From an uncultured Calditrichaceae bacterium (GTDB lineage Bacteria > Calditrichota > Calditrichia > RBG-13-44-9): 64,000 bases of DNA. The stretch is taken from positions 57,260 through 121,259 of the forward strand of contig CAZUZS010000001.1 of assembly GCA_964624795.1 (NCBI GenBank), read 5' to 3'. Below the pieces are notes generated by a model. It worked only from the letters and a program-made list of their open reading frames with translations, was not told the DNA's origin and did no database searches. The position numbers were made by a program, and so were the translations under genes. Below, one piece after another: positions 1 to 9,419 of the stretch (position 1 is the stretch's first letter; the number at the start of each line of letters is the position of its first letter).

Positions 1-312
1 ACCATCCAGGCTGGCATAGGACGGCGAGTTGACAAGATCAAGGCTCAATTGCTGGCTTATCGGCATAATGAAAACCACCGGCAGAACAAATTGCGAAATC
101 TGCTCGCTATTGGCAGAACTCCAGGACTGGTAGTAACCGCCAATCCGGAAATCATTATTGCGCAAAAAACCGGCATCTTTCACTTGCGCGAAAAGGGAAA
201 CAGCAAAGATGAAATTGAGCACCAAGTAGAACACAAGTTTTTTTATTTTCAAATTCTCTTTCATAATTTTGGCATCCTTTATATTTTTTCTCTTTTGCTT
301 ACCTGGGGATAG
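1..312 (+). CDS. 3' end of a gene running off the window start (frame continuous from nt 1; stop at 310-312). Product unknown.
   Basis: Open frame from position 1 ('TIQAGIGRRVDKIKAQLLAYRHNENHRQ...'). The listed ATG at 49 is probably internal. No family recognised. Confidence 0.2.
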   Translation, partial: TIQAGIGRRVDKIKAQLLAYRHNENHRQNKLRNLLAIGRTPGLVVTANPEIIIAQKTGIFHLREKGNSKDEIEHQVEHKFFYFQILFHNFGILYIFSLLLTWG

Positions 313-1606
313 GTACTTCGATCTCCACCTCTACACCGCCGCCGAAACCGATCGTTTTTGTCTGCTCCTGCACCGGCTCCCGCGAATCAATACTGGGTAT
401 GAAACCGGAATCGATATTTGACATGCTGGATTCCAGCCGGGTGCGCGTGTCGTATTCCACAGTCGTTGGCTGAGTATCCAAACTTGTCTCCACTTGCTCA
501 ATATCAGAAGTGCCCATTTCCATGGATTCCGCCTGGTTCATCCGTTCACCCGCCGCGGAGAAACCGGGGTCCAGCTTCACCGCCTCGGAGTACTGTTCCC
601 TGGCGACTTCGAAATCCCCGCGGTCTTCCGCATCCAGCCCCTTGGAGTAGGCAAGAAAGGCCAACATGGATTCGGTGGGAATGTATTGGATCGCCTTCCG
701 TTCTGCGTCGGTCAGTTGAATGCCCATTTCATTGATGATGCTGAAAACCAGGTTCTTTTCAAGTCGGAAAAACCGTTCCAGATCGCCGCTGCTCTGGTCG
801 GTTTTCATAAACTTTCCAGTGGTGGTCTCAATCATCCCACCGTCAATGCGAATCTGTTGTTCATTCAAATCGACGAAGGTTCCTTTCACCATTCGTTTTG
901 CGCCCAACAATTTGCCCATCCGCGGCGCAGTGCTCTCGTCCACCAGGCCGGTCTGCCCCAGGCCAATTTCTTCCAACATTTTCTGCATTCTCACCCGTTC
1001 CACTACTTTCAGATCGTGCACCTGCGAGAGGTCGGTAATGATCATGTCTGCTAATCCTTTCTGCAAAGGATCCAGTTGCGTGGATGTTCCCAGGTTCTGG
1101 AAATAAAGTACCGCCACACTGTTATCCGGGATTGATGCAACATTAATATAATTCTCGTTGGCTACCGCTTGTTGTGCCTGCATCTCCATTTGTTTCCGGC
1201 TTAACAGTTCAAGACGGCCTTCGATTTGCCCGCGCATTTTGCTTAGTCGCCCCACCTTTGTGTATTGACGATAATACTGAATAGCGTTTGTATAATCGCC
1301 TTGCGCTTCATATGCTGCTCCCAGGTAAAATATGGTCTTCCCATCATTATTATCGAGCTGGTAAGCCTGCAGCAGTGCCTTTTCGGCTTTTTCGGTCTCT
1401 CCTTTTTTCAGATAGGCAATGCCGAGATCGCGCCAGGCATCCCGGTTATTGCGATTTTTTTTCAGCTCCAACAGGAATTCGCCGATGGCGTCGTCATAGC
1501 GCTGCTGTTTGAGCAGGGAAGTTCCCCTGCTCCCGGTTGCAGCGCATCCGAACATGGACACCACGACAAAAATAATAAAACTCAGAATTATCAGCCGTTT
1601 TAGCAT
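299..1606 (-). CDS. Lipoprotein with N-terminal TPR repeats and a C-terminal CsgG/LpoB-like periplasmic domain
   Basis: Preferred start is 'MLKRLIILSFIIFVVVSMFGC' (lipobox-like signal) with GGGAGA 7 nt upstream; the ORF track extends to 1648. TPR-like repeats. C-terminal 'VAVLYFQNLG...GLADMIITDL...KVVER...LGAKRMVKGTF' resembles the CsgG/LpoB/FlgO fold. Confidence 0.6.
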   Translation of the reverse strand: MLKRLIILSFIIFVVVSMFGCAATGSRGTSLLKQQRYDDAIGEFLLELKKNRNNRDAWRDLGIAYLKKGETEKAEKALLQAYQLDNNDGKTIFYLGAAYEAQGDYTNAIQYYRQYTKVGRLSKMRGQIEGRLELLSRKQMEMQAQQAVANENYINVASIPDNSVAVLYFQNLGTSTQLDPLQKGLADMIITDLSQVHDLKVVERVRMQKMLEEIGLGQTGLVDESTAPRMGKLLGAKRMVKGTFVDLNEQQIRIDGGMIETTTGKFMKTDQSSGDLERFFRLEKNLVFSIINEMGIQLTDAERKAIQYIPTESMLAFLAYSKGLDAEDRGDFEVAREQYSEAVKLDPGFSAAGERMNQAESMEMGTSDIEQVETSLDTQPTTVEYDTRTRLESSMSNIDSGFIPSIDSREPVQEQTKTIGFGGGVEVEIEVPIPR

Positions 1607-1658
1607 AGAATATCTCCCGTGTTGTTTTGGTATCAATTGGAACATCACATTATCTTGC

Positions 1659-2411
1659 TTACAAGCCTGAAATTACAGACTGTATTTCACTAATTTTGTC
1701 CTTTGCACCTTTAAATTCTTTGCTCTTCTTCACCGCCTGCTGAAACATTTCCAGAGCCCGGGTGTAATGCTCGCGCGCTTCGACATTGTCTCCTGCCTTC
1801 TGGGCTGCCCTGCCGGCATCTTCGAATTCAATCCCTTTGGAAAAGTAAAGATTTGCCTCCAGGTTGTCGCCGCCTTTGTGCTGTTGCAGACGTTGCTTGT
1901 CCGCTTTGCTGAGCTGCACATTAAAATATTTCGAAATCTTTTGTGTCAACTTTTTGACCATGTCGAAGAGATCGTCAACTTTGCCGGTTTCCTCTTCCGC
2001 TTTCAGCGTAAGCCCGGTTTCGACTTCCACGATACGAACATCCATCCGCATCTTTCCGCCGAACATATTCACAAACCCGCCCAGCAGCAGGGTCTGTGCT
2101 CCCAGCAACCGGCCAACCTGCTGCGCGGTGGCGCCGTCGATTGCGCCGCTTTGGCCCAGACTGATTTCGCTCAACAGATCCTTCAATTTTTTTCTTTCAA
2201 CAATCTTGAACGACTCAATTTGCGAAATTTCGGTGCTGAGCATATCAGCAAGACCTTTGCTGAGCGGTTCAAGCTGTTCCTTGTCTGCAATACTGTTATT
2301 ATCGAAATCCAGCACGGCAATTGTCCTTTGACCGGAATCCTGGGCCATTACATTTGCGAAAAAAATGAGGGCAATAATCGGGGACAGGATGAGTGGTTTT
2401 AGAAATCTCAC
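1659..2411 (-). CDS. Paralogous CsgG/LpoB-like domain lipoprotein with a C-terminal TPR-like tail; probable GTG start
   Basis: 'IAVLDFDNNS...GLADMLSTEIS...KIVERKKL...LGAQTLLLGGF' is a paralog of the 299-1606 domain. The signal peptide 'LKPLILSPIIALIFFANVMA' has no in-frame ATG; GTG at 2411 has AAAGGAG 6 nt upstream. The ORF track extends to 2543. Confidence 0.55.
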   Translation of the reverse strand: MRFLKPLILSPIIALIFFANVMAQDSGQRTIAVLDFDNNSIADKEQLEPLSKGLADMLSTEISQIESFKIVERKKLKDLLSEISLGQSGAIDGATAQQVGRLLGAQTLLLGGFVNMFGGKMRMDVRIVEVETGLTLKAEEETGKVDDLFDMVKKLTQKISKYFNVQLSKADKQRLQQHKGGDNLEANLYFSKGIEFEDAGRAAQKAGDNVEAREHYTRALEMFQQAVKKSKEFKGAKDKISEIQSVISGL

Positions 2412-2902
2412 GAGGTGCTCCTTTTGTATTGAATAATATGAAAAATAGCTTCGAACAACGGGTATAAACCGAACACTAAAGCAAACCACCGCCTCAAGAT
2501 GGAGTCGGTGCCGGACACGGTCATCCGCCAGGGGGAGTGACAACCTGCATATTTCTTTAATTGCCAGTAACAGGCAACCACATATATTTATCGACCGAAT
2601 GCATTAGAACTTGATCCCAAAACAGGATATATTAATGCCCGGCACGCAGGTAGCCGATTCCCCTAGAAGGGCGTGTTTGACGGATTTTCGCTAGAGTTTT
2701 TTACATTATATGCATTGCAGTCTCTGCTGTGGGTAAATTGAGATACACGGGGCTTTTCTTAATCTTTATTTGCGGACAGAAATGAAAATGTAATTGAAAT
2801 GATATTCGGATGCCGTAGTTGGAGTGGAAGCGGCAGCGCTTAGAAGAGTGCCGCGGAAGAATTTTGTGCAAACGGCTAAGGCTGAGCCAGGCGAGTGCTA
2901 AT

Positions 2903-3574
2903 TCAGTCTTTGATCCCTATTTCTTTGAATTGACGAAACTTATCTATATCGGTCGCTTTCATGGCAGCCTGCATTTGCTCCATGTTAACACCAAAGCCCT
3001 CAATTTCAATATGAAAACGCTTTTCAACCAGGAGCTGTATCTTACCGCTTTGTGTCTGTGTATTATATTCTTCGTAGGCCTTATAGCCTTCATAAAGGCA
3101 CGTTTTCTCATAGCCAGTATCCGATTCCCGGTTGAAATCTCCCATCATCCATGCCAGGTTCGCAAATGTGGAGAACCCATGCATCTTGCCCATATCAGTG
3201 ATAGTGATGATAATATAGCTCCCATCAGGTGTTCGATACCCCGCCTCTGCCCGCGAAACCTCCATCCCAAAAGCGGATGAGATCTCTGCCACAGCATCCT
3301 CACGCTTCATACTATTGATTTCCAGGGGCAAGAGATCTTTCAATTCATTAAAATCGACAACATCATTTGCAGTGGCATTATTTTCCGGCCCCTGCTGGTC
3401 GGAGAAAGCCGGCTGCTGCCCGTGGAGATTGGTATCTTCTCTTGCTGTAAGTCCCGGACTGGTGTCCTTTGTAATTATTTTGCCCTCGCCAAGCCTCCCT
3501 GTATTCTCGTTTTTGCTGCAACCCAGGGACAAAATAAGAGTCCCCAAAAGAATGATTTCCCAACGCCTTTTCAT
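2903..3574 (-). CDS. Hypothetical lipoprotein
   Basis: Signal peptide plus lipobox 'LILSLGCSKN'. No recognisable family. Confidence 0.45.
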   Translation of the reverse strand: MKRRWEIILLGTLILSLGCSKNENTGRLGEGKIITKDTSPGLTAREDTNLHGQQPAFSDQQGPENNATANDVVDFNELKDLLPLEINSMKREDAVAEISSAFGMEVSRAEAGYRTPDGSYIIITITDMGKMHGFSTFANLAWMMGDFNRESDTGYEKTCLYEGYKAYEEYNTQTQSGKIQLLVEKRFHIEIEGFGVNMEQMQAAMKATDIDKFRQFKEIGIKD

Positions 3575-3950
3575 TTCATACCTCTTACTCGTCTGATCGG
3601 ATAAATATGTGTTAAAAATATAACAACAACATCATTGGAAAACGAGAAATATTTTGTGTCTGCGAAAAATTCATATAGGATCCGAATGCAAAACGCTAAA
3701 GCCAAAGATTAAATTGGGAGAGTTATAAATCCAATTGGTGGGCAATGAAGAACCGCATTGTGAGCGAGACAGGTCTTGTCAATCCCGTATTATATTTTTC
3801 CCCGCTTATTGGCAACTGCTTTTCCGTGGTGTATCTCCGGAAAAGGCGGATTCGTCATGTGGGACGGAGGGAAGCTCACCGAATGATAATCCAAAGATGA
3901 AACCAGGTCTTGGGCCAATTCTGCCTTTCGCATGGACGGATGGGAAATAA

Positions 3951-5093
3951 CTACTGGTAGATCCTTGACACAAAAGGCCCCGCGAGAAAGGCATCAGGAT
4001 CAATCTGGCTCTGAAGAATGCATCCCCGGTAATTGCCGGTGAGAAGCAGCCGGGCGGATTCCACTAATCCTGCAGCGGTAGTAGCCTGAATTGCCCGCAT
4101 GCGTTTTCCGCCAATTTCCATTGGTTTGATGTGGTAGGATTTCTCGATAGTGCGTAATTTATTACCGGAGTCTTTGCCGATTACCGAGACATAAATGACT
4201 ACCAGGTCTTCTTCCACCGAGGGAATAAGTTTCTCCATTTTTTCCTGCAGCTTTTGGACACGGTCTTCGCCATGCCGAATTTCCCTTAATAACCCATCTA
4301 TCCAGCCATAGTGCCCGGGGTACCGCAGCGTTTTGTAGTCAAGGCTGCGGGTTTTTCCAGACAGGGCTACCGGCAGGTCGGCTGCGCCACCGGAAGTCAG
4401 ATCCTCCTCATACTGAATTCCGTCCAGCACAATTTGTGAGCGCTCGGTAAGAGATGCCTTGCTGGTCGTTTTAAAGTCGCGGATTACTTCAGCCGGTTTT
4501 ACGTACAATGTAGCGACGCCCACCGGACTCCAGGTAAAACCATAGAAGTGAGGCGGATACGCGTTTTGGGTAAGCGCCCCGACTTTCATGTTGACAGATT
4601 CGACCTTCTCCTTACCAAAATCCCTGCAAAATTGCCGGTAAAGTCCATTTGCCAGAACATCTACAAAGCCGGGCGCAAGACCGGTTTGCAAAATAAAACC
4701 CTTTTGGGCATCGCCGGCGATTTCCAAGACCTGATTCGTTTCGTAGACATACTCGGTAAGGTTCGCGTAGTGGAGGTCATGCTGTATAGCCAGCTTTGCA
4801 ATCCGTGGCGCCTGGCTGCCCGGCAGGCAGTCCAAAACGATATCCGCCTTATTTAGAATTTCACTCAATTGTTCGTTTGTTCCGCTACGGGGCATAACGA
4901 AATGTTCCACGGTTCCTTTTTGAACGGAATCCCGCCGGATCCAGCTTACTGCCTCTTTAGCCGCTTCCTCGATGGCATCGCCCAGGTAAAGATCGACTTC
5001 AAAATCACCGACTTCTCTTAGTAGCAGCCCAGCCGCGCGACCAATACCACCGGTGCCGGCGATCGCAACTGTGTATTTCTTTTTTGACACCAC
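3951..5093 (-). CDS. Saccharopine dehydrogenase-like NAD(P)-binding oxidoreductase
   Basis: N-terminal Rossmann motif 'VAIAGTGGIGRAAG'; overall saccharopine/homospermidine-dehydrogenase-like organisation. Confidence 0.55.
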   Translation of the reverse strand: MVSKKKYTVAIAGTGGIGRAAGLLLREVGDFEVDLYLGDAIEEAAKEAVSWIRRDSVQKGTVEHFVMPRSGTNEQLSEILNKADIVLDCLPGSQAPRIAKLAIQHDLHYANLTEYVYETNQVLEIAGDAQKGFILQTGLAPGFVDVLANGLYRQFCRDFGKEKVESVNMKVGALTQNAYPPHFYGFTWSPVGVATLYVKPAEVIRDFKTTSKASLTERSQIVLDGIQYEEDLTSGGAADLPVALSGKTRSLDYKTLRYPGHYGWIDGLLREIRHGEDRVQKLQEKMEKLIPSVEEDLVVIYVSVIGKDSGNKLRTIEKSYHIKPMEIGGKRMRAIQATTAAGLVESARLLLTGNYRGCILQSQIDPDAFLAGPFVSRIYQ

Positions 5094-5212
5094 AAACCTC
5101 CCTTTAGTCTAAACTTTATGATATGCCTGCTAATCATTAGCCTCATAATCCTCAACTAATCATAATACAGGCCAAAGGCATCCTGTTTTGGAAACGTTTA
5201 ACTGCTAAAAAT

Positions 5213-6850
5213 CTATTTTTCTCCAAGCGGTTCCCACAGTCCATATGATTCGATTTTTATCTGCACCTGCGGATCGGTTTTATAGGTTTCGTAGGAATTA
5301 TAGTACCATCCCATATATTGGGAATCTCCGCCACCCTGGGTAGTAATCAGAAAACGATTGGAAAGGTGCCCGATGTTCATCGCGCGGTCGCGCGGCAGGG
5401 GTTTGTCGCCGCCTTGCGGGTCAATGGGAATCCAGCCGTAGTTCGGGAGATAAACTTCCGGCCAGCGATGAAAAACATCATCCATGCTGGCGTCATCTCC
5501 CCGTACCACAATACTGCCTACATAGCGGGCCGGCAGGCCGGCTGCCCGGCACAGTGCAATAAAACTAAAGGTATATTCCGAACAGGATCCGGTCCCTCGT
5601 TTCAAAACTACAGGCGCTACGTTCCAGCCGCCCTCCAGTTTGTATTCCAGTTTATCTCTTACATAATCAAAGATCTTGCGGGCAACCCAGTAAGGATTTT
5701 GTTCATCCCCGACAATCTTCTTTGCTAAATCCTGAATGTACGGATCGTCGATCTGGTATTTGCTGCCGTTGGCAGTAAACGTCTTCTGTATGTCACCGGG
5801 CATATCAGCAAGCGTACCGCATTTATCGGGAAAAATAAAATATTTGATCTCGGAGATTTTCGCATCTACTACCATTCGTGATGTGATTGCAGCTTCGCTT
5901 TGGATACCCGCAGAATGGAAATGTGCAAATTGCTGCCCCCAGCGGTCTTTTACGGTGGTAAAATTCTCCGGAATGAATTTCTTCGATAGGATTTCCTGCT
6001 GATTTAAATTTTCAGGAATGGAGATGTAAACATCCAGGTCCTTCAACCGGCCGGACCCGTAAATTTGGGTTTCGTGGGTAAAGGTAATCCGCGCGGTCCG
6101 GGTATTATCCAATTTGAACAAATCATTATCGCTGCGAACCAGTTGGTAAATCTCACCTTTTTCAAAATCCACATTCCAGATGGTTTTGCCATCCCAGGCC
6201 AATCCGCGGGGATAAGGACCCGGCGAGTCGAGCACCAGGATAACCTCCCCGTTGCCGGGATCGATCATATAGATCTCATTCATGATGCGGTCCGAGCACC
6301 ACAAATACCGGCCATCCCAGGTAAGCCCCTGTGCATATTTGGCAGGCGCCGAAAATGTTTGGATTGCAGTTCCATCGCTCAAATCGATTTTCATGATCTC
6401 ATTTGCGCGATAATCGCTGACCCACAGCGTCTTCCCATCCCAAGTCAATCCCTCTGCATTGGAGCTCGGCGAGTCTATCACTCTTAGAATCGTTCCGTCC
6501 GCCGGATCAACCTGGAAGATCTTGTTCTGCCTGCCGTCAATATTCCAGAGATATTTCCCGTCCCAGGCTAAACCCATCGGCCAGAATCCGGGGGACGGTA
6601 TTTCCCGGACTACTTTTCCGGTCGCCGGATTCACACAGGAGATCTTATCAGCCTGGTAATCGGCGGTCCACAGGTTACGCCCATCAAATGTCAGCCCGGT
6701 TGAAAAATGATAGGGTGTCTGGATACTGCGAATTATTTTGCCTGGATAGGCAAAAACCACAGTTGATATTCCCAGAACGAGAAAGAAAATCAGTTTCTGA
6801 ATTTTAAGCATGACAGCTCTCCTTCTAACAAATGTGTTACTCAAATCCAA
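5213..6850 (-). CDS. Secreted glutaminyl-cyclase-like beta-propeller repeat protein fused to a C-terminal transglutaminase-like cysteine-protease domain
   Basis: Signal peptide, then at least six repeats of 'GL(T/A)WDG+xLW..D.....I..ID...G'. The C-terminus 'GTGSCSEYTFSFIALCRAAGLPARYV...' is a transglutaminase-core motif with a catalytic Cys. Confidence 0.6.
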   Translation of the reverse strand: MDLSNTFVRRRAVMLKIQKLIFFLVLGISTVVFAYPGKIIRSIQTPYHFSTGLTFDGRNLWTADYQADKISCVNPATGKVVREIPSPGFWPMGLAWDGKYLWNIDGRQNKIFQVDPADGTILRVIDSPSSNAEGLTWDGKTLWVSDYRANEIMKIDLSDGTAIQTFSAPAKYAQGLTWDGRYLWCSDRIMNEIYMIDPGNGEVILVLDSPGPYPRGLAWDGKTIWNVDFEKGEIYQLVRSDNDLFKLDNTRTARITFTHETQIYGSGRLKDLDVYISIPENLNQQEILSKKFIPENFTTVKDRWGQQFAHFHSAGIQSEAAITSRMVVDAKISEIKYFIFPDKCGTLADMPGDIQKTFTANGSKYQIDDPYIQDLAKKIVGDEQNPYWVARKIFDYVRDKLEYKLEGGWNVAPVVLKRGTGSCSEYTFSFIALCRAAGLPARYVGSIVVRGDDASMDDVFHRWPEVYLPNYGWIPIDPQGGDKPLPRDRAMNIGHLSNRFLITTQGGGDSQYMGWYYNSYETYKTDPQVQIKIESYGLWEPLGEK

Positions 6851-7186
6851 ACCGGCGTTAAGTCAATTTTCGGAGTTGGTCAATCAAAATATCCAAGAAC
6901 AGGTTTTTCTTGTTTTTATTTTTTGCATCCTGCGGCGTCCGGGACGTTGCATTCTGCTCTCCGGGGAAGAAATGGAATTCTCCGGCTTTCATAAAATGTG
7001 GCGCATGTATTGACCGCTCTTCATGCAATGCAGCATCTGAATTCTTATCAACAGAATCCCGCGGCCACTTTGATATTCATTTTCGTCAGGCGGGCCAGAC
7101 AATAAAAATAGTTGATTCGGGCAAATCCATAGCTGAGAGGAGGGCTGCACAGGCATCCAAATGCGGATTTAAATGCCGCGAGATAT

Positions 7187-7930
7187 TTAATCTTCTTCTT
7201 TCCCCATATTTGCTTCGTCCATAAGGCGAAGCGCTTCCAATAAAATGTTCATAGTTGAACCATTGATGTTTGGCGTAATCTTGGCTTCCAACGGTTCAAA
7301 TTTGAACAAGCCATCACTTAAAGCCACCAACCTGTTGATTGCCTCGACTCCCTCCTCTTTGCCCGCGGTCGCAAAAATAATATTGCCTTGTTTGAATACA
7401 ATTTTGCCCGTAACGATCGAGGTAATTTCCAGCGTTCCGTTGCGTTTATTCTGATTCAGCAACTGGATAACTTCCGCAAGACTGAGATCCGCCAGGTTGC
7501 CTTCGAAGCCTTTTACCTGAGCGGTCGTTTCGCTGTCCATTGCCCTCACCCGTTTGGCCCGGTTTAATAGCGTTTCCACCTTGGCGAGCAGCACGTTGCG
7601 GTCCACCGGTTTTACCAGGTACTCATCGGCGCCGGCACGAAAGCCCCGTATTTCCATGTCACGATCTTCAAGGCTGGTGAGAAAAATGAAAGGCACCATA
7701 GGCGTGGCAGAGTTTTCCCGTATCATCCAGCAGAATTCAATACCGTCGGTCTGGGGCATCATCACATCCGAGATAATGAGATCCGGCTGGATTTTATTAA
7801 CCACCTCCAGACCTTCATCCCCGTTCTCGGCGGAATGAATCTCGTAGCCGGCCTTTTCGAGGCTGATCCGCAGCAGTTTCAGAACATGCGGATTATCGTC
7901 TACAATCACTATTATGTCTTTATCAGCCAT
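7187..7930 (-). CDS. Response regulator: receiver domain plus DUF4388 domain
   Basis: 'IVIVDDNPHVLKLL...DLIISDVMMP' is a receiver with a phospho-acceptor Asp. The C-terminal 'GNLADLSLAEVIQLLNQNKRNGTLEI...IVFKQGNIIFA' is DUF4388-like. Confidence 0.7.
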   Translation of the reverse strand: MADKDIIVIVDDNPHVLKLLRISLEKAGYEIHSAENGDEGLEVVNKIQPDLIISDVMMPQTDGIEFCWMIRENSATPMVPFIFLTSLEDRDMEIRGFRAGADEYLVKPVDRNVLLAKVETLLNRAKRVRAMDSETTAQVKGFEGNLADLSLAEVIQLLNQNKRNGTLEITSIVTGKIVFKQGNIIFATAGKEEGVEAINRLVALSDGLFKFEPLEAKITPNINGSTMNILLEALRLMDEANMGKEED

Positions 7931-7954
7931 GGTTCAAGACGAACAGTTTATTTT

Positions 7955-9409
7955 CTATTCTTTGCCCTCGTAGCACACATTCAGCTCTTTGTTAGCCTTT
8001 AATTCATCTACCCGGCGAACAGGCGTATGAAATGGCGCATGGTGCATTTGCTCCGGATCGGCTTTTGCCTGTTCCACTACTTTTTCGAAAATATCCGCAA
8101 ATTGATCCAGTGCGTCCCTGCTTTCCGATTCAGTAGGCTCTATCATCAGCGCTTCCTTTACAATCAGGGGAAAATAAACGGTGGGTGCATGAACACCATA
8201 ATCCAGCAATCCCTTGGCAATGTCCATCGCTTTCACACCGTGTGACCGGGCCAGCGATTCGGCGCTCAGCACGAATTCATGCATCGGCCGAGTTTCATAT
8301 TTCAGCTCCAGTACTTTTCGCAGGCGACTGAGCAGATAATTCGCGTTAATGATGGCATTTTTGCTGATCTCTTTCATGCCAGCCTGGCCGTGCATCCGGA
8401 TATAAACATAGGCACGCAACAAGGCCGCAAAATTTCCATAAAAGGTAATCATTCTGCCTATCGAATGCGGGATGTCGCTGTTCAGGAAATAACTTCCACC
8501 CTTAACATCAACTATCGGAACCGGGAGAAAATCTTTCAACCGCTCGCTTACTGCCACCGGCCCGGCGCCCGGTCCACCGCCGCCATGCGGAACGGCAAAG
8601 GTCTTATGCAGATTAATATGCAGAACGTCAAATCCCAAATCACCGGAGCGAACAATCCCCAACAGGGCATTGAGATTCGCCCCATCCATATAGAGAAGGC
8701 CTCCCGCATCGTGGACAAGTTTTTCTATTTCAACGATGCCGCCCTCAAAGATCCCTAAAGTGCTGGGATTGGTCAGCATGATACCGGCAACCTCATCATC
8801 CAGCTTCGACTTCAGATCATCGATATCCACCATGCCGTCTTCGCGGCTTTTCACCTGAACGGAATGCATTCCGGCAATCGCGACCGAAGCCGGGTTGGTT
8901 CCGTGCGCGGAATCCGGCACCAGCATTTTGGTGCGGTTTTCCCCACGCACAAGATGGTATTTGCGAATCATCATACAACCGGTCAGCTCACCATGAGCAC
9001 CGGCAGCCGGCTGGAGGGTGATGGCAGCCATGCCGGTAATTTCTTTCAGCATTTCCTGTAATTCGAACATGATTTGCAGTGCCCCCTGGACGGTTTGCAG
9101 GGGCTGCATCGGGTGCAGTGAGCTGAAACCGGGGAGCGCCGTCACATCCTCATTAATCTTGGGATTGTATTTCATTGTGCAGGAACCGAGAGGATAGAAA
9201 CCCTTATCGACATTGTGATTCAGCGTTGAAATATTAACAAAATGCCTGACGACTTCATTTTCGCCGACCTCCGGAATATCGGGAGAATTTTTTCGCAACA
9301 TCTCACCCGGAATCAACTTCGAGACTGGTTGTTCGGGTACATCCAGATTTGGCAGGTAATTCTTTTTAATTTTTTCACGATCTAATTCGAATATTAGCTT
9401 TTTATACAT
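7955..9409 (-). CDS. gcvPB: Glycine dehydrogenase (decarboxylating) subunit 2
   Basis: 'YPLGSCTMKYNPKINE' and the PLP-fold region; start taken as 'MYKKLIFELDRE'. The listed ORF extends 26 codons upstream and would overlap the adjacent response-regulator gene. Confidence 0.9.
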   Translation of the reverse strand: MYKKLIFELDREKIKKNYLPNLDVPEQPVSKLIPGEMLRKNSPDIPEVGENEVVRHFVNISTLNHNVDKGFYPLGSCTMKYNPKINEDVTALPGFSSLHPMQPLQTVQGALQIMFELQEMLKEITGMAAITLQPAAGAHGELTGCMMIRKYHLVRGENRTKMLVPDSAHGTNPASVAIAGMHSVQVKSREDGMVDIDDLKSKLDDEVAGIMLTNPSTLGIFEGGIVEIEKLVHDAGGLLYMDGANLNALLGIVRSGDLGFDVLHINLHKTFAVPHGGGGPGAGPVAVSERLKDFLPVPIVDVKGGSYFLNSDIPHSIGRMITFYGNFAALLRAYVYIRMHGQAGMKEISKNAIINANYLLSRLRKVLELKYETRPMHEFVLSAESLARSHGVKAMDIAKGLLDYGVHAPTVYFPLIVKEALMIEPTESESRDALDQFADIFEKVVEQAKADPEQMHHAPFHTPVRRVDELKANKELNVCYEGKE

Positions 9410-9419
9410 CCTATCACCT

